In this document: positions 31,401 to 43,400 of the stretch, in pieces
Position numbering within the stretch: the stretch's first letter is position 1
Layout of the letters: every line of letters begins with the position of its first letter
Origin: Elusimicrobiota bacterium
GTDB lineage: Bacteria > Elusimicrobiota > Elusimicrobia > JACQPE01
Length of the DNA: 64,000 nt
Assembly: GCA_042563375.1 (NCBI GenBank)
Contig: JBHPMF010000005.1
Location: 3,568 to 67,567, forward strand
Direction of reading: 5' to 3'
Notes under the pieces: generated by a model
What the model was told of the DNA's origin: nothing
Databases searched by the model: none
The model's input: only the letters and a program-made list of their open reading frames with translations
Made by a program: the position numbers and the translations under genes

Positions 31401-34400
31401 TGTGCAGCAGAATGTTCCGGACCCTAAGCTCCGCATCCATGCTTACCAAACTGTTTCACACATAGCGGATAGAACTTCCGGTAAGGATATGGCCCAGGAT
31501 AAAAACATGTCCGCTGCTTTTCCTGGCATCCCCATGGATTCCCCCGAGCAAGGACAAAAAACCGCGCAAGCAGCGCGCTTTCTAAGCATGTGGGTAGATT
31601 CCATGGAATCCTCCGATGAGAACATAAAAGACGCTGTTCTTTTTTCTTTAGGCAAGCTCGTTCGGATATTCCCCGAGCAAGGAGCAAGGATGTTTGAGAT
31701 GGTGCGCGAAGGCATGGGATCCGATGATTGGAACGCGCGGCAGGCAGCTCTTTCAAGCCTTGCAGGCATGGCGCAGGTCATGCCGGAGAAAGCAGATGAG
31801 ATATTGAACATGGTTGACGAGGGAACAAGGGATGTTTTCGAGCCAGCGCAGAAAGCCGCCCTCTCAAGTCTTGCGGATATCGCCAAGATCCTGCCTGAAA
31901 AGTTAGGCAGGATCCTGGAGATCGTGAACAGGGAAATGAGAAACCAGCGCGATCCAAAGATGCAGCAGGCAGCCGGATCGGTTTTTCGCAACATAGCTTT
32001 ATCCATGCCTGAAAGAGGAGAAGAGATCTGGGAAACGGTGATCAGGAACATGAAGGATGATGACCGCACAGTGCGCAATACAGCCTTTTTAAGCCTTGGG
32101 AGCATAGCCCGGACCCTTCCAGAAAAAGCAGAGGAAATATGGAAGTTGGCGCATGGAGAGATGAAAAATAACTATATGATCGCGCGCAAAGCCGCTTTCT
32201 CAAACTTTGGGGATATCGCCCGTGTCATGCCTGAGAAAGCAGAGGAGATCCGAAAAATCGTTGTTGAAGAGATAAAAGACGATGACCCGCATACACGGAA
32301 AATCGCTTTCTCGATTCTCAGCGACCTGGCGCCTATCCTGCCTGAAAAGGCAGGGGAAATGCTGGTTATGGCAGGCAAAGGGCTGGAAGACAAAGACAGC
32401 AGAGTACGCATGGCAGCTGTCTTAAGCCTTGGGCATATAGCCAAGGCCATGCCGGGCAGTCCAGAGGAGATCCTGGATATGGCGCGCAAGGGGTTAGGGG
32501 ACAATTTCGATGATGTGCGCATAGCTGCTTTCTCGATCCTTGGGAATGTTGCGGAGATCCTGCCCGAAAAAGCAGATGAGATATTGGAGATAGTGAGCAA
32601 AGGGATGAAGGAAGACAACTGGGATCTGCGGCATGCTGCTGTATCAAGCCTTGGGGATATAGCGCGAGCATTACCTGAAAAATCAGAAGAGATCCTGAAT
32701 ATAGTGGACAAGGGGATGGAGGCTGATGAATGGCAGACCCAGCAAGCCTCCGCCCTGAGCCTTGGCAGTATAGTTCCGGTAATGAGTGACAAGTCGGAGA
32801 AGATCTGGGAGATGACGGAAAAGGCAATGAGAGATCCTGATATGCATGAAGAGCAGGCTATCCTCTTAAGTCTTGGCAATATTGCGCGCACCATGCCTGA
32901 GAAAACAGGCGAGATACTGGATATGGTGAGCAAAAGCATGGAGAATGATGACTGGAGCGTGCAGCGGACCGCCATCATAAGCCTCGGGGACATACTCTTG
33001 GCACTGGAACCTGAATCATTAAAGGCCCTTTGGAGCTATACTCAACGGGCAGTTTCTGATGTCAGGCTCTATAATCGCGCTTATGAAATCATGTCCCGCA
33101 TGACCAAGGAATCGGCAAATTGGCAAGAGGACTTCTCGGAGACCTATCTGCCCATATTCCAGAATGCTTCTTCAATGCTCAAGAAAATAGAACCTGAAAA
33201 ACAGGAGATCATTGTTTCCCTTGAGATAGAAGGCAAGACCAAAAGGAGTTTCTTAAAGGCTTTGAGCGCGCAGGAACTAAAGGCCATGGCTTATCTGGAA
33301 AGACTGCGCGATCCTGCTCTGGCTCCGGCCCTTGGGCATTTGGAAGAACTCCTCAAGCTCAAGATGGTCAGGAAGAAAAGATCGGCCTTGAGAGCCCTGT
33401 GGGGCGTCTTTGTTCTTGTAAATAAGGAAGTCATCTCCCCTAAAAACGCCCAAAACCTTTTAAGTTCCATCACAAAAGATAATCTCCCACACGCGAAAGA
33501 CCTTTTGAGTTCCATGGCCTATGGAAATGCTGATCTAAGGCAGGGTTTTGATCTTGATAAATTACTGGATGACAATGATGCGGATTATCATTCACTTCTT
33601 GGATCCTGGCTTAAGCACTTAAAAGAGAAACTTTTCAAAAACTTCGATCTAACACAAGATCAGAAGAAGATCTTGGAAAAAAGCCTTAAGGATAATCCAT
33701 CCGCCTGGCTTGAGAGCGGTCTTTTCTCAAGTCTCGCGCTTCACGCTTCTTTTCTTGAGAAGGAAGGTTTACGATCCCTTAAAGCTCTAGTTCTAGACCT
33801 TACCCAAAGCCCTGCAAGCGAAGACAAGGATAGGTTCGTATATAAAAAGCGCTACGCAGAAGTGGAAAAGGCTTTCAAAGATCACCCCAAGTTCCTAAAA
33901 GCTTGGATGCAGGAGTATGTTTCCTCTCCCTCTTCTTCTTTTCCCTCTCCCCTTGAGGGAGAGGGTAGGGTGAGGGGTCCCTCTTCAAATAAAGTCTCAG
34001 AAGAACCCACCATCAACTGGGCCCAGCACCTAGCCCAAATAAAAGACCACCTTGGCATCAAAACAGCTGATGATATTGAGCAGGCATTCGCTTTCAAAAC
34101 CAAGGATCTCAAAGAAAAACTCTCAAGCGACCAGGTAAGCGAGGATTTGCAAAGATTCATATCCCAGGCTCCAATGCTTTCCAATTATCTGGATGGTTTT
34201 ATTCCAAGCCTTAAGGTGATAGTCGAGAACTTGGAGCAGAACAGGGCGCCTCCGAAAGAAGCCGTCTCGACATTGCTTCCCCTGCTCTCCAAACCTGATC
34301 TCATGAAACATGTCCTGCCCGACGCCGGAAACACTTTCACTGATATAAAGAACCTGAATACCGAGATCAAGGCTTTTAATGCGCCCAAAACCCGGGAAAA

Positions 34401-37400
34401 TTCTTCCCCATTAAGACTCGAAGTGACCGATGACCCTTCTGCCATGATCCTCATGGGAGCAGAGCCCATGCCCACATGCCAGAACTGCAAGGAGGAGAAA
34501 GGCCATACAAAGAAAGGAGAGCTTGTAAACAGATTAAGACTCGGACAGGTAAAGTTGGCCAATATTTACCAGGAAAACACTCTTGTTGCAAGAACAGTGG
34601 TTGAAGCTGGATTCAATGATAAAGGTAAACCAGCTCTTCTTGTTGAAAGACTCTACACTCTCCCCGGCAAGAAGCTAGGGGTAAGCGAGATAGAGTCTCT
34701 TATTATGTCATTTGCCGTTCATTTAAAGGCAGAAACAGTGTTCTGGGGAAACGGTCATAGTACATGGTCTTTGAAAAACCAGAAAACACAGACAAAACCC
34801 TACAAGCTCCTCCCCCAGCGCGGCCTCAAGATCTACAGGGACAGCTTCGGCAAGGACGGAGGAAAAGCTGTTTCTGTTCCTATAATTAAGAATTCAAAAT
34901 TAAGAATTAAAAATTATTCTTTTCTACCCTGGTTCCTCGCCCCTGCCATAGCCCTCCTCGCCTTCCTCGGCATCCCCGGCGCAAGCGAAGCAGCATCGAG
35001 CGTCAGTGAATCTGTTTTAAATTTCTCCTTCCTTTCTTCTTCTGTCATTCCTGCGAAAGCAGGAATCCAGACCCTCTTCTCTTTTTCTTTATCACTTTTG
35101 TCACTTTCCCTGATCCCCCTCCTCGCCATGGTCCAAGCCAAAAAAGCGCCCATGGATCTTTCCGATATCCCCGCGGATTCCCCGGAACAAAGACAAAAAA
35201 TCGCACAAGCAGCGCTTTTTTTAAGCATGTGGATACCGGCTGTAGAATCCTCGGATATAAGCGTAAGAGCAGGCGCTCTTTCGGGCGTAGGCGAACTCAT
35301 CCAGATCTTCCCTGAAAAAAAGCAGTGGATGTTTGAGCTTGTGAAAAAAGGAGTTAATAACTCACGCCTCGCCTTTGAGACCATTACGAAACCCGTAAGT
35401 CGCGCTGCTCTTACAAGTCTTGGGAAAATAGCTCGGGTCATGCCCGAGAAGGCTGATGAGATCCTGGATATATTGCGCAAGGGGATGCGGATGAATGACT
35501 GGCATGTGCGCCAAGCCGCTGCCTTGAGTCTCGGAAGCGTAGCACAGGTCATGCCTGAGAAGGCAGACGTGATCTGGGAAATCATGACTACGTCGATGAA
35601 AGACATTAGCGCATATCAACAAACCGCTTTTGCGAGCCTTGGAGGGATAGCTCAAGCCATGCCGGATAAGCAAGATGAGATTCTGGCAATACTCAAGAGG
35701 GGGATGCAGCATACTGATTGGCATGTTCAAAAAGCTGCTGGTTTAAGCCTTGGGGACATAATCCAGGCCATGCCTGAGAAGGCAGAAGAGATTTTTGATA
35801 TGGCAGAGAAGATAAGAGCTGATCACGAGGACTCTTTGGGAGCTTTCGCAGGCCTTGGAGGAATAGTCCAAGCCATGCCTGAAAAGAGAGCAGATATCTG
35901 GGATATGGTGAATAAGGGCATGCGCGGCGCCTGGTATGTGCGCCAGGCTACTTTCTTTGGTCTTAAGCACATGGTTACTGCCATGCCTGAGAAAGCGGAA
36001 GAGATCTTTGATCTTGTGGCCAAGGGAATGAGGTCCCGCAATCTTGATGTACAGATAGCCGCGGCATCAGTTCTTGGGAGTTTGGCCCAGGCTCTGCCCG
36101 AGAAGTCGGATGAGATCTGGGAATTGGCGAAGATCGGAGTGGAAGATGATGCATGGAAAGTACGGCAATCCGCTATCTCGAGCCTTGGACAAATAGTCCG
36201 GGCTGAGCCGAAAAGGGCAGGCGAGATCCTGGATCTGGTGAACAGGAGCATAACAGACCCTGGACTGGAAGCATGGCAAGACGTTCTTGGGGAGATGGCT
36301 CATTTACTCGATCCCGCTTCCATTAGAGATGTATGGAGCCATGTTGAGCATAAAGTAGCGGACCCCCGGCTTCGCGTCCATGCTTTAGAAGCTGTTTCGC
36401 ACATGATGAATGAAACTTCGGGCAAGGATACGGATATTGCGGTGATGATCCGGGATGAAAACACGCGAGAAGCTTTCCCTGATATTTATATGGACTCACA
36501 GGAACAGAGACAGGAGATCACACGGGCAGCGCGTTTTCTAAGCATGTGGATACAAGCCTCTGAAAGCGCAGACGCAAGCATAAAAGTGGGCGCTCTATCC
36601 GCATCGGGCAAGGTTGCGCAACACCTACCAGAGGAAGCAAGACCCTGGATGCTGGAAATGGTTAAAGGGGGCGTGGAAGATGCTGATCAAAGAGTGCGGC
36701 AAGCCGCTATGCTAAGCATGATCATACTGGCTCAAGTCATACCGGAAAGGGCGGGTGAGATTTGGGAAATGGCTAAAGATGGCATGGGAGATGCTGACTG
36801 GAGCGTGCGCCGAGCCGCTGCTTCAACACTGGGCAGTATGTTCAAGCATATGCCGGAAAGGGCAGATGAGATTTGGGAAATGGTTAAAAGGGACAGGGAA
36901 AACAGTGACCGGGATGTGCGGCAAGCCGCTATCCTAAACCTGGATAGCATGGTTCAGCATATGCCGGAAAGGGCGGGTGAGATTTGGGAAATGGCTAAAG
37001 CGGGGATGGAAGATGATGATTGGCATGTGCGCGAAGCCGCTGCTTTAAGCCTGGGCAGCATAGCTCGAGCCATGCCGGAGAAGTCAGATGAGATTTTTAG
37101 AGTGGTCAAAAAAGGTATGAGGGATGATGTTCGGTCTGTGCAAGAAGCCTCTGCGTTAAATCTGGGCGACTTAGCTGCTGCCATGCCGCAGAAAGCAGAT
37201 GAGATTTTGAAAATGGTTAAAGAGGATGCGCAAGACAATAGCCTGTATGTACAGAGAGCCGCTGTTTTAACGCTTGGAAGCCTGGCTGCTGCCATGCCGG
37301 AGAATGCTGATGAGATTTGGGAGATGGCTAAAAAGAGCATGGGAAATAATAACTGGCGCGTGCGCCAAGCAGCTGTTTCAAACCTTGGTATGCTGGCTCA

Positions 37401-40400
37401 AGCCATGCCGCATAGGGCGAATGAGATTTGGGAAATGATCACAAGAGAGATGGGAGATGATTACTGGGTCATGCGCTATGCCGCTGCTTCAGCGCTGGGT
37501 AGCATGGTTAAGGCCATGCCGGAGAAAGCAGATGAGATCTTGGAAATGATTAAAAAGGGCGTGGAAGACAATAGTTGGGATGTGCGGCAAGCCGCTGTTT
37601 CAGCGTTGGGAGACGTAATGCAAACAACGAACCCTTCCTCCCTGCGGGCCCTATTGGACTATACGCGGCAAAGAGTTCCCCGCGCAAAGCTCCACTCTCA
37701 CGCCTTAAAAGTCATATCACGTTTGGCAAAGGAATCTTCCGGCTGGAAAAAGACCCTTTCCAAGGATTACCTCCCTATTTTCCAGGGTATCTCTTCAATG
37801 CTGAAAAAAATAGAGCCTGAAAGGCAGGAGATCATTGTTGCCCTGGATATCGAGGGTAAAACCAAGAGAAGCTTTTTGAAAAACTTGAGCGTGCAGGAAC
37901 TAAAGGCCATGGCCTATCTGGAAAGACTGCGCAATCCTGATCTGGCCCCAAGCCTGGAACGCCTGGAAGAACTTCTCAAAAATAGAAAGATCAGAAAGAG
38001 CAGGGCTGTGCGTAGAGCTTTATGGGGAGTTTTCATCCTCGTAAATAAGAAGGTTATTTCCCCTCGGAACGCTCAAGTTCTTCTGGATGCCATAGATATG
38101 GACAACCTGTCGCAGGCAAGAGATTTCCTTGGGACCCTGGCTTACGGGAATGTCAAGCTTAGGCAGGGTTTTAACCTCGCTGGAGCATTGAGCAATGGTA
38201 AAGCTGATTATCAAACGCTTTTTCAATCATGGCTCGAACATCTGAAAGAAAAACTTCTCAAGGACTTTAATCTGACGAAAGAACAGAAGGATACCCTGGG
38301 CAAGAGCCTTAAAAAGCACCATTCAGCCTGGCTTGAAACCGGACTGCTTTCCAATCTTGTGCTCCACTCGTCTTTTCTCAATGGTACAGGCTTAAAAACC
38401 GTCAAAGCGCTCGTCCTTGACCTTGCCCAAAGCCCAGTGAGCAAGGATGGCAGCAGATTTGTGCACAAGAAGCGATATGAAAAGATAAAACAAGCCTTTA
38501 AAAACCACCCCAAATTCCTAAAAGCCTGGATGCAGGAATACTCCTCGCCTCCCCATTCTTCCCCTCGCCCCCTGAGGGAGAGGGCAAGCGAAGCGCGGGT
38601 GAGGGGCACCTCTGCCGATAAAGTTTCCGAAGAACCCATCACTAACTGGCCCATGCACCTAGCCCAAATAAAAGACCACCTCAACATTGAATCAGCGGAT
38701 GAGCTCGAGCGATCTTTCGCTTCCAAGATCAAAGAACTCAAAGAAAAGCTCCAAAGCGATCAAGTAAACGCGGATCTGGAAAGATTCATGCCCCAGGCTG
38801 AGATGCTTTCCAATTATCTGGATGGTTTTATCCCAAGCCTTAAAGTGATAGTCGAGAACTTAGAGCAGAACAGGGCGCCTCCAAAACAAGCAATTTCAAC
38901 GTTATTCCCACTCCTATCCAAACCAGATCTCATGAAGCATGTCCTGCCTGATACCGGGAATACTTTCCAAGATATAAAGAATTTAAATGAAGAGCTTAAA
39001 GCCCTTCAAGCGCCCAAGACTCCAACAAACACTTCCTCCTTGAGACTTGATGTAACCGATGATCCTGCTGTGATGATACTCATGGGGGATGAACCTATGC
39101 CGACGTGCCAGAATTACAAGGAAGCGAAAGGTCATACAAGGAGCGGGGAGCTTGTCAACCGATCAAGGCTTGGGCAGATCAAGCTCGCCAATATTTTCCA
39201 GGGAGGCGTTCTTGTGGCAAGAACAGTAGTCGAGGCGGGGCTTGACGACAAGGGTAAACCGGCTCTTTTTGTTGAAAGACTTTACACCCTCCCCGGGAAG
39301 AAAATAAACATAAGCGAGGTAGAGTCCCTTATTATGTCATACGCCGGCCATATCAGGGCGAATACTGTGTATTGGGGAAACCACCACGGCACCTGGACAC
39401 TGAAAAAACAAAAGACACAGGCAAAATCCTATGAACTGCTTCCCCAGCATGGGCTCAGCATATACCGTGACAGCTTCGGCAAAGACGGAGGAGAAGCCCC
39501 TGCTTCTGTTGTTGCCGCTACCGGAAAAAACAAACGCAAAGGCTCGACCATGCTCCTCCCGCTGATCGCGCTGGCCCTGGCCTCCGGCTTTCTCGCCCTC
39601 CTCGGCCTCCCCGAAGCCGCCAGCGTTGGCTCAGCAGCTGCCATCGAACCTACCCCCTCTGTCATCCTGAACTTGATTCAGGATCTCTTCTTTTTTCCCC
39701 CATCGTTATTCATTCTGCCGCTTCTTTCACTCAGTGCCTTAGTGGCTCAGTGCCTTAGCGGCTTCTTCTCTTCATCATTTCCTTTTTTGGGTCTTGGCAT
39801 AGTCACTTCCGCGATGATCCCGCCCTCTCTGCATTCAATTCTTTCCTGGCTCAAAGCATTATCATCCATAGATCCAAAGACAGCACAGAGCAAGCGCAAG
39901 CAATCCAAAATCCGGAAGTTAAGACAACTCATATCTGAGCGAGACCCGAAGATCTGGGACAAGCAGGTCTATGTCGGGACGATCGGGGCAGGCGAAAGAA
40001 GCACATGGAATCCCGAAGGATTCTCTTTTCCATGGGGTATTACGCTAGACGGTCAAGGCAATATATATGTTGCTGATACGCGGGCGAACCGAATACAGAT
40101 GCTTGATAAGAATGGCGAACGCATCAAGACGATAGGAACAGGCAGGCCGACCAAGAGCAAGAATGGTTTTAACGGTCCTGTTGCCGCAGCTTTGGATAAA
40201 CGCGGTAATCTATACGTGTCAGACGCGCAGAACCATCGCGTGCAGAAATTCAGCAAGAACGGCAAGTATTTGGGGATGATGGGCACTGGCAAGATAGAGT
40301 GGGGGAAGGAGGGATTCAACGGTCCCCATGGGATCGCCGTGGATAGCCGCAATAATATCTATATTGCGGATTCAGGCAATAGCAGGATACAGGTATTCGA

Positions 40401-43400
40401 TGAGAATATGGAATACATCGATATGATCGGCACAGGCTTTATAGCATCGGATAACAACGGCTTCAACTCTCCTCATGGCATTGCCGTAGACATATACGAC
40501 AACGTATATGTGGCGGACACGAGGAACCATCGCATCCAGAAATTCGACAAGAACTGGAAATACGTCAGTACCATCGGTCTAGGCACGAGAACTTCCCGGA
40601 AGAAGGGTCTTGATTCACCATACAGCATTGCCGTTGATAAATGGGGCAATATCTATGTGGCGGATGCAGGAAATCAGCGCGTGCAGAAATTCGGCAAGAA
40701 CGGGAAATATCTCAGCGCCACGGGAACAGGCGAGGATACTGCCCGCAGTGAGGAATTCGACGATCCCAACGGCGTTGCCGTGGACGCAGACGGTGATCTT
40801 TACGTGGCGGACACGAGCAACCATCGCATACAATCCTACGCATTGCTTGCCAATATGCTCATACCGGAATTATTGAAAATGCCGGAAAGCGAATGGGGCC
40901 GTCTCCTGGACAGGATAGAGACTTTGATAGTCTCTCATCCTTATTTTGCATCCTGGCTGGTGAATTCAGAGGATATAGCAGAGGCATTAGATACTCTGGA
41001 AAACATGTCAGTGGCCATCCGCAACATGGAAAGGGAAAGAAGGGATATGATATTAAGCCAAGAGTATTTCCCGAAAACAGACAGAAAATTCCTCAAAACA
41101 TTGACCGTAGAAGAGCTGAGGGTTCTCGTACGGCTTGAACGCTTGTGGAATCCGTCCGTTATGAACGATAGGGTTATGGATAAGCTCGAGCATCTGCTCC
41201 AGCAGAAATATGTGCGCAAAAAAAGAAGCGCTCTTAGAGCCGTCTGGGGAGCTATCGTGCTTTCGGGCACGGGTGAGCTTTCGTCCAAAAACCTCGAAAC
41301 GGCATTCGTGTCTATGACAAAGGCTAATATGAATCAAGCCAAGGATTTCTTCAACTCTCTTGCTTTTGGGGGCTCAGGACTGGAAGAGGATTTTGATATC
41401 AATAAGGCTATAAAGAACTCGAAGCAAGGCGGAATCATCGATTTTTCATCCGCCATCGATCTATGGACAGCTTATCTGTCCAAAGAGATGTTCGAAGATC
41501 TCAAATTCACCAAAAAAGAAAAAAACACCATAAAATCGAGCCTCAAAACAAGATACATAGCCTGGCTTTCCAGCAACTTCTATTCCAACCTCATGATACA
41601 CTCAAGCTTTCTTAACGACACTAACGGCCGAAGGTCCCTAAAAGCCCTACTGCTTGACCTTGCCAAAAGCCCCGTAAGCAAAGACAGGGAAAGGTTCATA
41701 TACAAGAAGCGCTACGACCAGGTAAAAAAAGCTTTTAGGAACCACCCCAAGTTCCTAAAAGCTTGGATGCAGGAGTATGTTTCCTCTCCCTCTTCTTCTT
41801 TTCCCTCTCCCCTTGAGGGAGAGGGTAGGGTGAGGGGCCCCTCTTCAAATAAAGTTTCAGAAGAACCCACTATCAACTGGGCCCAGCACCTAGCCCAGAT
41901 AAAAGACCACCTTGGCATCGAGTCAGCGGATGATATCGAACTAGCCTTTGCGTTAAAAACCAAAGAGCTTAAAGAAAAGCTCTCAAGCGACCAAATAAGC
42001 GAGGATCTGGAAATGTTCATGCCCCAGGCTGAGATGCTTTCCAATTATCTTGATGGCTTTATCCCAAGCCTTAAGGTGATAGTCGAGGGCCTGGAACAGA
42101 ATAGGGCTCCCCCCAGGGAAGCTTTCTCAACATTGCTTCCCCTGCTGTCCAAGCCTGATCTCATGAAACATGTCCTGCCGGATGCTTCGAATACTTTTAC
42201 GGATATAAAGAATCTTAATGATGAGGTTAAGGCTTTATCCCCCCCACCTAGCCTCCCCCACCAGGGGGGAGGAAAAAGACAGAGAGAGGATAATTCTTCT
42301 TTAAGACTCGAGGTGACTGATGATCCTTCTGTGATGCTCCTTATGGGAGCAGAGCCTATGCCCACATGCCAGGATTACAGTGAACTGAAACTTCAAACCG
42401 GAAACGGCGATCTTTTAAACAGGCTAAGGCTCGGACAAATTAAACTAGCCAACATCTCCCAGGGAGACGCTCTTGTTGCAAGGACAGTGGTTGAAGCTGG
42501 ATTCGATGATAAGGGCGAACCAGCTCTTTTTGTTGAAAGACTATATACTCTCCCAGGCAAGAAGATAAGGGTAAGCGAGATAGAATCCCTCATCATGTCA
42601 TTCGCCGGTCATCTCAATGCAGAAACAGTGTTCTGGGGAGGTGGTCATGGCACCTGGTCTCTTAAAAACCAAAAAACTCAAACAAGATCCTACAAACTTC
42701 TCCCCCAGCAAGGGCTCACGATCTACAGAGACAGCTTCAGCAAGGACGGAGGAAAAACTGTTTCTGTTCCTGTAATTAAGAATTCAAAATTAAGAATTAA
42801 AAATTATTCTTTTCTACCCTGGGTCCTCGCCCCTGCCATAGCCCTCCTCGCCTTCTTCGGATTGTCAAGCATAGGCGAAGCGGCGGCTATGGTGTCTCGG
42901 GCCGCGAATGCCGTTGACGCAGGGCCGCTGTCATTGCTTTCCATCCTCGTAGGAACTCTGGGGCTTGGGTTGACGGGGGTTTTGGGCAGTGTTATGCCGG
43001 ATGCACCAGCGCATTCCAAGGAGCATGCGGAAAAGGCCATAGAGGCGCTAAAAAGGCTAAACATCGCGGCCACTGACGCCACAGCATTCTTCTCACCCGA
43101 CAGCAGGTTTATGGTTGCGCGCCTCAAGAACAATACAATAAAAGTCTTCGACCTTGAAGCGCGCGAGGATATGGAACACTTGATTGGCCTCAATGTACGG
43201 CATGTATCCTTCTCGCTTGACAGTAAATTTATGATTGCGTACAGCGGGAATCTCACAGCAAGAGTTTTTAACCTTGAAACGCGCGTGGATATGGGAATGT
43301 CCATTGACTATGCCGTTGAGGAAGTATCTTTTTCGCCTAACAACAGGTTTATGGCTGTGCGTAAGCTCCGTGGAGGGACAAAGGTTTTTGACCTCGAGGC

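Noticed and set aside
29898-32993. Long antisense ORFs inside ORF2 (e.g. 29898-30788, 30792-31355, 31443-32105, 32172-32993; likewise 34914-35606, 14987-15757 and 44053-44811 on the - strand)
   Set aside because: They lie entirely antisense to frames carrying clear HEAT, WD40 and other domain motifs. Their translations are Ser/Arg/Ala/Ile-rich low-complexity sequence that mirrors the repeat period. They have no RBS or recognisable domains. They are a by-product of repeat composition.
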